DNA of 64,000 nucleotides from an uncultured Tenacibaculum sp. Lineage in GTDB: Bacteria; Bacteroidota; Bacteroidia; Flavobacteriales; Flavobacteriaceae. The notes beneath the pieces are model-generated. The model did not search any database. It saw only the letters and a program-made list of their open reading frames with translations, and was not told the DNA's origin. Of this stretch, positions 1 to 9,795 are shown piece after piece. Position 1 is the first letter of the stretch. The number at the start of each line of letters is the position of its first letter. The stretch lies in NCBI GenBank assembly GCA_963666645.2, contig CAXXDB010000003.1:405494-469493 (forward strand). The letters run 5' to 3'. The position numbers and the translations under genes are program-made.

Positions 1-69
1 GGTAGTGGATTCAGCTGCAACTGGTTCTACAAGAACTCTATCTGCTAAAGGTTTAATGTTTAATACCAT
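1..69 (-). CDS. groES: Co-chaperonin GroES, 5' part (runs off window start)
   Basis: Reverse strand from ATG at 69 reads MVLNIKPLADRVLVEPVAAESTT, with the GroES N-terminal IKPLADRV motif. Confidence 0.93.
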   Translation of the reverse strand, partial: MVLNIKPLADRVLVEPVAAESTT

Positions 70-120
70 TTTTTTAAATTTTGATTAATACTTAAAGTTT
101 AATTTTTACACTTTTCTAAT

Positions 121-154
121 TGTCAGAAATTGTGCCATTGAAATAAAACTGACA
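121..154 (-). promoter_or_regulatory. Candidate chaperone promoter/operator TGTCA-N12-TGGCA-N7-TGACA (contains sigma54-like TGGCAC)
   Basis: Same three pentamers (one Y position differs) with identical spacing recur upstream of htpG at 33854-33887. Confidence 0.6.
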
Positions 155-192
155 ATTTTTCTGAACTAATCGGATTTAAAATTAAAAGGAAT

Positions 193-228
193 AAAAAAAT
201 GCCAACTTGTCATTGTTGGCATTTTTTT
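193..228 (-). terminator. Intrinsic terminator-like hairpin after secG
   Basis: aaaaaaatgccaac / gttggcattttttt perfect inverted repeat with A/T tails just past the secG stop. Confidence 0.7.
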
Positions 229-246
229 ATTATCTATATGTAAGTA

Positions 247-582
247 TTATTGTACTGAATCCTTGATTACTGTAGGGATTGTCTCTGCAGGTCTTGTAGT
301 TTCAATATTCTCCAGCGTTTCTTTTAAATCAGGAGTACTGTTGCTGTTTCCTCTGGGAATTGTAAAATTTGATAATAATATTAGTGTAAACATGGCGATG
401 GCAAGAGTCCAAGTAGTACGATCTAAGAAATTATTTGTATTTTGTACTCCGCCAATGTTCATACCTCCACCCCCGAAAGTAGATGATAATCCTCCTCCTT
501 TTGGATTTTGAACCATTACAATTAAAATTAAAGCAATTGCAATTATTAAAATTAAAATTAAAAGTATTGTGTAAGTTGTCAT
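247..582 (-). CDS. secG: Preprotein translocase subunit SecG
   Basis: Two TM segments, QNPKGGGLSSTFGGG loop, FLDRTTW motif. Confidence 0.95.
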   Translation of the reverse strand: MTTYTILLILILIIAIALILIVMVQNPKGGGLSSTFGGGGMNIGGVQNTNNFLDRTTWTLAIAMFTLILLSNFTIPRGNSNSTPDLKETLENIETTRPAETIPTVIKDSVQ

Positions 583-1292
583 TATTTTATGTTTTGCAAA
601 ATTCGTATTTTTTTAATTTGGCTTACAAAGAAACTACTTTTTTCTGGATATTTCAAACTTAATATTTCATAGGCCTTTATTGCATTGCTATATTTCTTTT
701 GTTCCAGATAAATTCTGGCAAGAGTTTCTGTCATTAATATAGGTTGTCGCTTTGTATCATGAGGTTTTTTTATAACAGAAGCATTTCTATTTACTTTAGA
801 TATTTTTGGATTATTGGCTATGAAGCGTTCAATAATATTTTCTTGTAAATTTTTCTCTTTCTTATGAATATTTTTTATTGAATTGCCAGGATTATCAAAC
901 GATAATTGTAACCATTGGTTAAATGAATACGATTCATTTTTTTTAAATGATAAAGATTTTTCTATTCGTAACTCTTTTTCTGTTTTTTTTTGAAGATTTG
1001 AAATAGAATCAGCTATTTTACCTGTTATATTTTTTTTACTTTCAATGGTTTCTTCGAGTAACTCCGAAGTAATAAAATTAAAAAGAACAGTACGATTTAT
1101 AGTATAAGTAGCAGTTATTTTTAATTCATTGTTATATTTAAAACTCTTATGATTTTTTAATCGTTTTAAATATAAAGCTCTTGCAGATTGAAAATAAGGA
1201 TATTCATTAATAATGGTTCTTAGTTCATTTATATTATACCCTTTATCCCTTTCAGGATAATTAAGAATTTGTATATAATTATCTTTTACCAT
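582..1292 (-). CDS. Conserved Bacteroidota hypothetical protein with TPR-like C-terminus
   Basis: YPYFQSARALYLK and MTETLARIYLEQKKY..AIKAYEILSLKYPEKSSFF motifs; usual position between lptE and secG. Confidence 0.75.
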   Translation of the reverse strand: MVKDNYIQILNYPERDKGYNINELRTIINEYPYFQSARALYLKRLKNHKSFKYNNELKITATYTINRTVLFNFITSELLEETIESKKNITGKIADSISNLQKKTEKELRIEKSLSFKKNESYSFNQWLQLSFDNPGNSIKNIHKKEKNLQENIIERFIANNPKISKVNRNASVIKKPHDTKRQPILMTETLARIYLEQKKYSNAIKAYEILSLKYPEKSSFFVSQIKKIRILQNIK

Positions 1293-1825
1293 TTAGCTAC
1301 TGAAGTGTTAAAAATATCCTGATGAATACGAGTTAATATTTCCTCAAGAACAGATTCTAAGAGTGTACCGGATAATTGCTGTGAAGCACCATAATCAGAG
1401 TAAAAGGAAAATTGTTTTTCAAAATCGTCTTTTTCATTTAACTTATTTGTGAAACGAACATTAACAGCAATTGTTAATCGATTTTGTGCTGCGGTTTGAT
1501 TCGCAATAGCACTCATGGGAGTCACTCTATAATCAACTATCTCACCTTCAAATTGTAAATCCCCATCCGATTTTACTAACGTTAAGTTTGTTTGACGAGT
1601 AAATAAATCTTGTAAATCCTGAGTAAAACGTTGACTTAATGTAGGTTCTGTTAAAGGAGCTTGATTAGGAAAAAAATCAATTTGAATCGTTTTTGCATCA
1701 CCCGTATTACCTCCTGTAAAAGAATACACGCCACAGCCGATAAGAGATGTAATGGAAAAAAATAATAATGAGTATATAGTTTTTTTCATTTTTAAATTCA
1801 TAACATCACTCGAATTACAAGTCAT
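1286..1825 (-). CDS. lptE: LptE-family LPS assembly lipoprotein (true start probably the downstream MKK)
   Basis: Lipobox-like LIGC, GC.YSFTG and AAQNRLTI.VNVRF motifs of Bacteroidota LptE-like proteins. Confidence 0.75.
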   Translation of the reverse strand: MTCNSSDVMNLKMKKTIYSLLFFSITSLIGCGVYSFTGGNTGDAKTIQIDFFPNQAPLTEPTLSQRFTQDLQDLFTRQTNLTLVKSDGDLQFEGEIVDYRVTPMSAIANQTAAQNRLTIAVNVRFTNKLNEKDDFEKQFSFYSDYGASQQLSGTLLESVLEEILTRIHQDIFNTSVAKW

Positions 1826-3035
1826 ATTGTTTAATTTTACGATATAAAGTTCGTTCAGAAATTCCCAACTCTTTAGCTGCTAGTTTTCGTTTTCCTCTAT
1901 TTCGTTCCAATGACTTTTTAATCATTTCTTTTTCTTTTTCCTGTAACGACAAGTTTTCATGCTCCTCTATAGTTTCAATAAAATCATAATTATTTTGTGT
2001 AGAAACTTCAGGTATTTGTACAACTCCTATATCATGGGAAGAAGGGGGGTCTTTATATATACGTTGAATCAAACCTCTATTATCTTCCTGTACTTCTTGT
2101 GCATTTTTATTTTGCATCAAGTCCAGAGTTAATTTCTTGAGGTCGTTGATATCGTTGCGCATATCAAATAAGATTTTATACATAATATCCCGTTCGTTAG
2201 AAAAATCATCATTTGATGATTTTTCATCAATTACTACGGGTAAATTCCCCGTGTTATCAGGTAAATATTGAACTAGTATTTTAGAAGAGATAATTCTACT
2301 TTCTTCCATAATTGAAATTTGTTCAGCAAGATTTTTTAATTGTCTGATATTCCCGGAGAAACGATAATTCAGAAGCATATTATTGGCCTTATCATCTAAT
2401 CGAATAACAGGAATTCTGTTTTTTTGAGCAAAGTCAGAAGCAAACTTTCTAAATAATAAATGAATATCATTACCTCTGTTTCGTAAAGGAGGGAGAGAAA
2501 TTTCAATAGTACTCAACCGGTAATATAAATCTTCTCTAAATTTTCCTTTTCTGACAGCTTCCTGCATGTTTACGTTAGTAGCTGCAGTAATACGAACATT
2601 TATTTTTTGGACTTGAGACGATCCAACTTTTATGAATTCTCCGTTTTCTAACACACGGAGTAATCTAACTTGGGTTGTAAGAGGTAATTCGCCTACTTCA
2701 TCTAAAAAAATTGTTCCTCCATCGGCAACTTCAAAGTATCCTCTTCTGGTTTGTGTTGCTCCGGTAAATGCTCCTTTTTCATGACCAAACAGCTCACTAT
2801 CAATAGTTCCTTCAGGAATTGCACCACAGTTTACAGCAATATATTTTGCGTGCTTTCTATGAGATAGTTGATGAATGATTTTCGGAATATTTTCTTTTCC
2901 AACCCCACTCTCTCCGGTAGCCAATACAGAAATATCTGTAGGTGCTACCCGGACAGCTTTTTCAATAGCTCTGTTCAGTTGAATATCATTACCGATAATT
3001 CCGAAGCGTTGTTTTACTGCTTGTAAATTTTCCAT
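1815..3035 (-). CDS. Sigma54-interacting AAA+ enhancer-binding protein with C-terminal Fis-type HTH and no sensor domain
   Basis: Walker A GESGVGKE, intact GAFTGA loop, FLDEVGE Walker B, GISERTLYRKIKQY HTH. Confidence 0.92.
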   Translation of the reverse strand: MENLQAVKQRFGIIGNDIQLNRAIEKAVRVAPTDISVLATGESGVGKENIPKIIHQLSHRKHAKYIAVNCGAIPEGTIDSELFGHEKGAFTGATQTRRGYFEVADGGTIFLDEVGELPLTTQVRLLRVLENGEFIKVGSSQVQKINVRITAATNVNMQEAVRKGKFREDLYYRLSTIEISLPPLRNRGNDIHLLFRKFASDFAQKNRIPVIRLDDKANNMLLNYRFSGNIRQLKNLAEQISIMEESRIISSKILVQYLPDNTGNLPVVIDEKSSNDDFSNERDIMYKILFDMRNDINDLKKLTLDLMQNKNAQEVQEDNRGLIQRIYKDPPSSHDIGVVQIPEVSTQNNYDFIETIEEHENLSLQEKEKEMIKKSLERNRGKRKLAAKELGISERTLYRKIKQYDL

Positions 3036-3117
3036 TTTATTATTCCTTCAGAAACAGGATTTTATTAATATATTCTTTCTTTAAATATTACATTTTTCCT
3101 TTTGAAAAACAGAACTA

Positions 3118-4572
3118 TTAATTATTATCAGAATAATCAACAGCAGTTCCTAAAAGTGTGGTGGAAGTACAATCTTCAATTTTTACATTTACAAAATCTC
3201 CCATTTTATAGTGTTCTTTAGGAAATATAACGACTGTGTTTTGTGTATTACGTCCTTTCCAGTGTGCATCTGATTTCTTTGAAGTTCCTTCAATCAAAAC
3301 TTCCTGAATCTTGTTTACATGTTCTTCAGACCGATATAAGCTATGTTTTTGCTGTAGATTAATAATTTCTTGTAATCTACGTTTTTTTATTGCCAGAGGG
3401 ATATCATCTTCCATTTTTTTAGCAGCAAGAGTTCCTGGTCTTTCAGAATAGATAAACATAAACCCGAAACTATATTTTACTCTCTCCATTAAATCGAGAG
3501 TATTCTGATGATCTTCTTCTGTTTCTCCACAAAAACCGGCAATCATATCCTGACTTAAGTTCACTTCGGGAATTATTTTATAAATATTTTCTACCAGATT
3601 TAAATATTCTTCACGTGTATGCAAACGATTCATGGCTTTTAACATTCTGTTACTGCCACTTTGAATGGGTAAATGAATGTATTTACAAATGTTTTTATGT
3701 TTAGCCATTACATGAATTACGTCTAACGTCATATCCTGTGGATTTGATGTAGAAAAACGAAAGCGTATTTTAGGAAATTCAGTAGCACACATATCCAGCA
3801 ATTGAGCAAAATTTAACGTAGTAGCTTGTGCCATTTCAGAGGCTTTGTGAAAATCTTTTTTCAATCCTCCTCCGTACCATAAATATGAATCTACATTTTG
3901 ACCTAACAGAGTAATCTCTTTATAATTCTTTTCATACATAGAACTAATCTCCCCGATAATGCTTTGAGGATCTCTACTCCGTTCTCTTCCACGTGTAAAT
4001 GGGACTACACAAAATGTACACATATTATCACATCCTCTGGTTATGGATATAAAAGCAGTTACACCATTAGAATTTAAACGTACAGGAGAAACGTCAGCAT
4101 AAGTTTCTTCTTTTGATAAAATTACATTTATAGCATCTCTTCCTGCTTCAACTTCTTCAATGAGGCTTGGTAAATCCCGATAAGCATCCGGTCCTGCAAC
4201 TAAGTCTATGATTTTCTCTTCTTCCAGAAATTTTGATTTTAATCGCTCGGCCATACAGCCCAATACACCAACTTTCATTTTAGGATTAATTCTTTTAGCA
4301 TGATTGTATTTTTGTAGCCTGTTACGTACTGTTTGCTCAGCTTTTTCACGTATAGAGCATGTATTTACTAAAACCAAGTCAGCTTCATCAATATTACCAG
4401 TAGTATTAAAGCCTTGTCTATCAAGAATAGCGGCAACAATTTCACTATCATTCATATTCATCTGACAGCCATAGCTTTCTATAAAAAGTTTTTTTGTATT
4501 GCCTTTTTTTTGTTTTGTTAATAGAGGTTTCCCTTGTTTTTTTTCATTAATGACTTTTTTAATCTGATACAT
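3118..4572 (-). CDS. miaB: tRNA-2-methylthio-N6-dimethylallyladenosine synthase
   Basis: ESYGCQMN UPF0004 domain, radical SAM CDNMCTFC, C-terminal TRAM; ATG at 4572 chosen over the ORF-track start. Confidence 0.96.
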   Translation of the reverse strand: MYQIKKVINEKKQGKPLLTKQKKGNTKKLFIESYGCQMNMNDSEIVAAILDRQGFNTTGNIDEADLVLVNTCSIREKAEQTVRNRLQKYNHAKRINPKMKVGVLGCMAERLKSKFLEEEKIIDLVAGPDAYRDLPSLIEEVEAGRDAINVILSKEETYADVSPVRLNSNGVTAFISITRGCDNMCTFCVVPFTRGRERSRDPQSIIGEISSMYEKNYKEITLLGQNVDSYLWYGGGLKKDFHKASEMAQATTLNFAQLLDMCATEFPKIRFRFSTSNPQDMTLDVIHVMAKHKNICKYIHLPIQSGSNRMLKAMNRLHTREEYLNLVENIYKIIPEVNLSQDMIAGFCGETEEDHQNTLDLMERVKYSFGFMFIYSERPGTLAAKKMEDDIPLAIKKRRLQEIINLQQKHSLYRSEEHVNKIQEVLIEGTSKKSDAHWKGRNTQNTVVIFPKEHYKMGDFVNVKIEDCTSTTLLGTAVDYSDNN

Positions 4573-4626
4573 AATTCTGTTTCTTCTACGGAGAGAACAA
4601 AGATACAATCAAATTTTGAGATTTAG

Positions 4627-4639
4627 TGACAACTTGTCA
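4627..4639. promoter_or_regulatory. TGACA-N3-TGTCA palindrome next to the miaB operon -7 box
   Basis: tgacaacttgtca perfect inverted repeat; TATCTTTG (-7 consensus TAnnTTTG) on the minus strand about 20 nt closer to miaB; 12/13 identical copy at 200-212. Confidence 0.5.
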
Positions 4640-4745
4640 TTAATTTTACTGATGTTACTCAATAAAAGTACTAAATTTATACCTATGATTGTTAATAATT
4701 TATTGGATTTATATACAAATCATTTGGTTTAGTTAGGCATTTAAT

Positions 4746-5205
4746 CTAATATTTTTAATTAAAAGGGGATTTGTAATGACCTTTCTGCTTAGAAGATTAC
4801 CAAAAGTGTTTTTCCATAAAACTTCTTTTAGATTGACAGCAGTACTCGTTCAGGTAATTTTTCAAATATCCCGTATGATGATGCAGTCCTGCGATTCGGA
4901 ATTTAAGGTTCATAATAACCCTATGTGATTCGGGAAAGTTTCCTCCTCTTATCATCCAAAGTATAATGGAGTCAAATTTTTAACGTCTTTATGGATTGAT
5001 ACTTTATCCGTTTATCTTTGTTAATCTCCTCATTATAGACTATGTAATTTTTGATAAATGCATCAGGACTCTCTTTACCGGAACAGATAATTTCCTGGAA
5101 TCTTTATAGTTCTCATTATTTTACATTTGAACAATCAACAGGTTTTTTGTCGTAAGTTAATCCTATGAATCAACTCGGCAAAAGTAATTCCTTTCTTATT
5201 GATGT
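4746..5205 (-). mobile_element. IS1595-family transposase remnant with internal deletion
   Basis: Broken frames read KKGITFAELIHRINLRQKTC*LFKCKIM and GGNFPESHRVIMNLKFRIAGLHHHTGYLKNYLNEYCCQSKRSFME, the N- and C-terminal IS1595 motifs. Confidence 0.75.
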
Positions 5206-5295
5206 TTATAAAATAAACAATATAAATCTAGATGGATTTATTAGCAAAAAAGTATATTTATTTACTGACTTAGATCCTTATTTTATTTATCCAGT

Positions 5296-7686
5296 TTAAG
5301 AACTACATATTAAACAACCTTCTGATCCTTCTGGATTTTTCGAAGCTTCTAACATAGCTTTAAATTCTTGTGGAATTATTGACTTATCTGTTTCCTTTTT
5401 ATTTTCTTTTGATAAAGTAAACTGAATTGCATTTACTGCTGATTTTGTACGTAAATAATACATTCCCGTTTTTAAACCACTTTTCCAGGCGTAAAAATGC
5501 ATGGATGTTAATTTAGCAAAATCAGGATCTTTCATAAATAAGTTTAGCGACTGAGATTGATCAATAAAATATCCTCTATGACGAGCCATATCAATAATAT
5601 CTTTCATACTCATTTCCCAAACAGTTTTATATAAATCTTTTAAGTTTTGTGGAATAACTTCAATATGTTGAATAGATCCATTGGCACGTATGATTTCTTC
5701 TTTTATGTCATTATTCCATAAATCCAGTTCAACTAAATCTTCTAATAGGTGTTTATTTACAACAATAAATTCACCTGATAATACTCTGCGGGTATAGATA
5801 TTAGAAGTATATGGCTCAAAGGCTTCATTATTTCCTAATATTTGAGATGTAGAGGCTGTAGGCATTGGTGCTATTAGTAACGAGTTTCGTACCCCATGTT
5901 TAATAACTTGTTCTCTTAGTGTTTTCCAATCCCATCTTCCACTTAAATCTTCATCTTTAATTCCCCACATATTATATTGAAATTCTCCTTCAGCTATTGG
6001 AGAATCTTTAAATGTGGAATAAGCACCTTTTACTTTTGCAATTTCCATAGATGAGGTAACTGCGGCAAAATATAAAGTTTCAAAAATTTCCTGATTTATT
6101 TTTTTTGCTTCATCATTGGTAAAAGGCAGACGTAACATTATTAAAGCATCTGCCAGACCCTGAATTCCTAAACCAACAGGGCGATGACGCATATTTGAAT
6201 TTTCAGCTTCTTTTATAGGATAATAATTACGATCTATAACGGTATCTAGATTTCTAATAACTTTTTTAGTTACTTCGAATAACTTGTTATAATCGAAGAA
6301 TTTATTTCCATTTTTATCTTCGGTAACAAACATTGGTATTGCTATAGATGCTAAATTACATACTGCAATTTCATCTTCTGCTGTATATTCCATAATTTCA
6401 GTACATAAATTCGAAGAGCGAATAGTGCCTAAGTTTTTTTGATTGGATTTACGGTTTACAGAGTCTTTATATAACATATAGGGAGTTCCGGTTTCTATTT
6501 GAGATTCCAAAATTTTTTCCCATAAATAACGAGCTTTAACGGTTTTTCTACCTTTGTCTGCCTCCTCATATCCTGTGTATAAACGTTCAAATTCTTCTCC
6601 GTATGTATCAAATAAATGCGGACATTCGTTAGGACACATTAATGTCCAATCTCTATCTTCCTGTACACGCTTCATGAACAAATCAGAGATCCACATAGCA
6701 TAAAACAAATCTCTGGCTCTCATTTCTTCTTTTCCATGATTTTTCTTCAAATCCAGGAATTCGAAAATATCAGCATGCCATGGTTCTAAATATATAGCGA
6801 ACGATCCTTTACGTTTTCCTCCTCCTTGATCTACATAGCGGGCTGTATCGTTAAACACACGAAGCATTGGTACAATGCCATTTGAATTACCGTTAGTTCC
6901 GCGAATGTAAGACCCGGTAGCCCTAATGTTGTGTATGGACAAGCCTATTCCTCCAGCAGATTGAGAAATTTTTGCAGCCTGTTTTAATGTATCATAAATA
7001 CCATTAATACTATCATCTTGCATTTGTAATAAGAAGCATGATGACATTTGTGGCTTTGGAGTACCGGAATTGAATAATGTAGGAGTAGCATGGGTAAAGT
7101 ATTTTTTACTCATTAACTCATATGTAGCAATAGCCTCATCGATATCTTCTTTATGAATACCAATAGAGACACGCATTAGCATTTGTTGAGGACGTTCAAC
7201 AATTTTACCATTTAATTTAAACAAATAAGAACGTTCTAATGTTTTAAATCCAAAGAAATCATAGTTAAAATCTCTACTGTAAATTATTGTAGAGTCTAAT
7301 TTCTCGGCATTTTTCATAATGATGTTATATACATCATCTGCTAATAATGGGGCTTCTTTTCCTGTATTCGGATTTACATAATTATACAAACCGGTCATCG
7401 TTTCGGAAAAAGATTTTTTTGTATTTTTATGTAAATTTGAAACAGCAACTCTGGCAGCTAGTTTAGCGTAGTCCGGGTGGGCAGTGGTCATAGTTGCTGC
7501 AACTTCTGCTGCTAAATTATCTAATTTAGAAGTGGTAACTCCATCATATAATCCTTCAATGACACGCATTGCCACTTTTACCGGATCAACAATTTTGTTT
7601 AATCCATAACACATCTTTTTTATTCTTTCTGTGATTTTATCGAACATCACAGGTTCTTTTCTATCATCTCTTTTAACTACATGCAT
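5296..7686 (-). CDS. nrdA: Ribonucleoside-diphosphate reductase class Ia alpha subunit
   Basis: N-terminal ATP cone (VVKRD), [28 protein letters not shown]-terminal CLIC. Confidence 0.97.
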   Translation of the reverse strand: MHVVKRDDRKEPVMFDKITERIKKMCYGLNKIVDPVKVAMRVIEGLYDGVTTSKLDNLAAEVAATMTTAHPDYAKLAARVAVSNLHKNTKKSFSETMTGLYNYVNPNTGKEAPLLADDVYNIIMKNAEKLDSTIIYSRDFNYDFFGFKTLERSYLFKLNGKIVERPQQMLMRVSIGIHKEDIDEAIATYELMSKKYFTHATPTLFNSGTPKPQMSSCFLLQMQDDSINGIYDTLKQAAKISQSAGGIGLSIHNIRATGSYIRGTNGNSNGIVPMLRVFNDTARYVDQGGGKRKGSFAIYLEPWHADIFEFLDLKKNHGKEEMRARDLFYAMWISDLFMKRVQEDRDWTLMCPNECPHLFDTYGEEFERLYTGYEEADKGRKTVKARYLWEKILESQIETGTPYMLYKDSVNRKSNQKNLGTIRSSNLCTEIMEYTAEDEIAVCNLASIAIPMFVTEDKNGNKFFDYNKLFEVTKKVIRNLDTVIDRNYYPIKEAENSNMRHRPVGLGIQGLADALIMLRLPFTNDEAKKINQEIFETLYFAAVTSSMEIAKVKGAYSTFKDSPIAEGEFQYNMWGIKDEDLSGRWDWKTLREQVIKHGVRNSLLIAPMPTASTSQILGNNEAFEPYTSNIYTRRVLSGEFIVVNKHLLEDLVELDLWNNDIKEEIIRANGSIQHIEVIPQNLKDLYKTVWEMSMKDIIDMARHRGYFIDQSQSLNLFMKDPDFAKLTSMHFYAWKSGLKTGMYYLRTKSAVNAIQFTLSKENKKETDKSIIPQEFKAMLEASKNPEGSEGCLICSS

Positions 7687-7770
7687 GATAATTTTTTAGT
7701 TTTATACAAGTTGCTTAAGGAGTATTTTCCTTAATATTTTAACTATTTCAGAATATTTATAATTATAATC

Positions 7771-8742
7771 TTAAAAATCAGCGTCAAAACTGATTGAACC
7801 TGTTCCTCCGGATTTCACTCCTGCTTTTTGGTATTCAGATACTCTTTTTTCAAAGAAATTCGTTTTTCCTTCTAATGAAATCATTTCCATGAAATCAAAA
7901 GGATTTGTTGCATTATATTCTTTTTCACAACCAAATTCTAATAATAACCGATCTGTTACAAACTCTAAATATTGTGTCATTAGCTTCGCATTCATACCTA
8001 TTAGACTGACAGGTAACGATTCTGTAATAAATTCACGTTCTATATTTAGAGCAGAGATTATAATTTCTTTAATTCTTTCTTTAAGAACTTTATTTATAAG
8101 GTGATTATTGTGTAAATGGACTGCAAAATCACAATGCATTCCTTCATCTCTTGAGATTAATTCGTTTGAAAAGGCTAATCCTGGTAACAAACCTCTCTTT
8201 TTTAACCAAAAAATAGAACAAAAAGAACCTGAAAAGAAAATTCCTTCGACAGCGGCAAAGGCTATTAATCTTTCTGCAAATGAATCAGATTCTATCCATT
8301 TTAATGCCCATTCTGCCTTTTTCTTAATAGCAGGAAAAATTTCAATCGCTTTAAAGAGTTTGTTTTTTTCCTCATCTTTTTTAATATAAGTGTCAATTAA
8401 TAACGAATATGTTTCTGAATGAATGTTTTCCATCATAATCTGGAATCCATAGAAAAATTTAACTTCTGAATATTGAACTTCATTTACAAAGTTTTCAGCT
8501 AGATTTTCATTTACAATTCCATCCGAGGCTGCAAAAAAAGCTAAGATATGTTTAATGAAATAACGCTCATCATCAGTTAGTTTATTATTCCAATCATCCA
8601 AATCCTGATGCAAATCAATCTCTTCTGCAGTCCAAAAACAGGCCTGTTGTTTTTTATACCATTCCCATAAATCATTATGTTGAATAGGAAAGATAACAAA
8701 ACGATTTTTATTTTCTTGTAAAATAGGTTCTGTTACAGTCAT
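7771..8742 (-). CDS. nrdB: Ribonucleoside-diphosphate reductase beta subunit
   Basis: [45 protein letters not shown]. Confidence 0.97.
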   Translation of the reverse strand: MTVTEPILQENKNRFVIFPIQHNDLWEWYKKQQACFWTAEEIDLHQDLDDWNNKLTDDERYFIKHILAFFAASDGIVNENLAENFVNEVQYSEVKFFYGFQIMMENIHSETYSLLIDTYIKKDEEKNKLFKAIEIFPAIKKKAEWALKWIESDSFAERLIAFAAVEGIFFSGSFCSIFWLKKRGLLPGLAFSNELISRDEGMHCDFAVHLHNNHLINKVLKERIKEIIISALNIEREFITESLPVSLIGMNAKLMTQYLEFVTDRLLLEFGCEKEYNATNPFDFMEMISLEGKTNFFEKRVSEYQKAGVKSGGTGSISFDADF

Positions 8743-8826
8743 TTTATAGTTTTCAATTTATTATTTAAAGTCTGCCAAAAGGCAGTAACAAAGGTTCAAA
8801 ATTTTATATCAAAAATAAAGAGTTAC

Positions 8827-8835
8827 TTATCCACA
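8827..8835 (+). promoter_or_regulatory. Perfect DnaA box TTATCCACA upstream of nrdB-nrdA
   Basis: Exact consensus 85 nt upstream of the nrdB start. Confidence 0.5.
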
Positions 8836-9084
8836 AACTCCTTGAAGTTTTTAACAAACAGGTAGCGATACTTAAAAATTAATAAAATAAGAAGTATATA
8901 TAAAATATTGATTTATAATATCTTAAAAAATAAATTCTCTGTATTAATTGTATCTTATAGAATCCGTATTTTGTTAAATTTTACAAAAAATAGCTATAAA
9001 AATAAAATAGCAATGTCTTAAAAGTTGCTTTTGATTTCATAATTCCCATATTATAATTTATGAAGTAAATAAAAGCCCTTTGTA

Positions 9085-9340
9085 AATGTTTTTTCATAAA
9101 ACTTCTGTTAGATCGGTAGCAATATTCATTCGGGTAATCTTGCAAATCTCCCTATGATGATGTAGTCCTCTGATCCGGAGAAGGTTCATAAATAACTCGA
9201 TGTAATTCAGGAAAGTTTCCTCCTTTATCATCCAAAGTATAATGGAGTCAAATTTTTAATGTTTTTATGGATTGATACCTTGTCGGTTTGTCTGTGTTAA
9301 TCCCCGAATTAAAGGCTATGTAATTTTTGATAAATGTATA
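9085..9340 (-). mobile_element. IS1595-family transposase C-terminal remnant (diverged direct repeat of about 4810-5063)
   Basis: Reads KGGNFPELHRVI...LQDYPNEYCYRSNRSFMK; shares long blocks such as tcatccaaagtataatggagtcaaattttta with the 4.8-5.1 kb copy. Confidence 0.75.
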
Positions 9341-9640
9341 TGCTGGGGCAAATATTCATCAATGCCATAATTTAAAAAATATAGAACATCCAATCGTAAA
9401 TTACTATGTATTATAAGGTTGCGATTACTAATAATATTTTCTAAATATCCTGCTAAACATAATTTAAAAAGTACAGCTGGATTAGCACTTTGCTGACCAC
9501 TTGTACCACAGTATTCTTTTGTTTCTGCATATAAAAATCTAAATGTAAAAGTTCTTTTAAACGACGGTAAAAATTAGGTTCAGGTTACTTAATTGAAAAC
9601 TGTTGAATAACTTCTCTTGATGTTTTTTCTTGTATTGCAT
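9341..9640 (-). mobile_element. IS1182-family transposase N-terminal remnant (frameshifted)
   Basis: MQYKKKHQEKLFNSFQLS / PNFYRRLKELLHLDF / GTSGQQSANPAVLFKLCLAGYLENIISNRNL. Confidence 0.75.
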
Positions 9641-9695
9641 ATACCAAATTACAAAATATCAATATCTTTACAAAACTTGTGTAGCAGACACTGAT

Positions 9696-9784
9696 GTTAC
9701 CTGCTGACTTTTTTCCCTTCGTTCATCAGCGTTGGCGTGAAAGTTCTCTGCAACCGCAGAAGCGAGGATTGCAATGTGCTTGAA
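9696..9784 (-). repeat. attC-like/structured repeat at the downstream boundary of the RM module
   Basis: Minus strand ttcaagcacatt-[gcaa(t)cc stem, ctcgcttct loop]-agaactttca-gccaacgct...cagcagGTAAC; related element at 12259-12343. Confidence 0.5.
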
Positions 9785-9795
9785 CATTGCTTTAG

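Noticed and set aside
263-511. Opposite-strand ORF over secG, and the many similar antisense ORFs inside nrdB, the methyltransferase, wzc, thrA, htpG, prc, uvrA and rpsQ
   Set aside because: Shadow frames of well-supported genes with no recognisable motifs.
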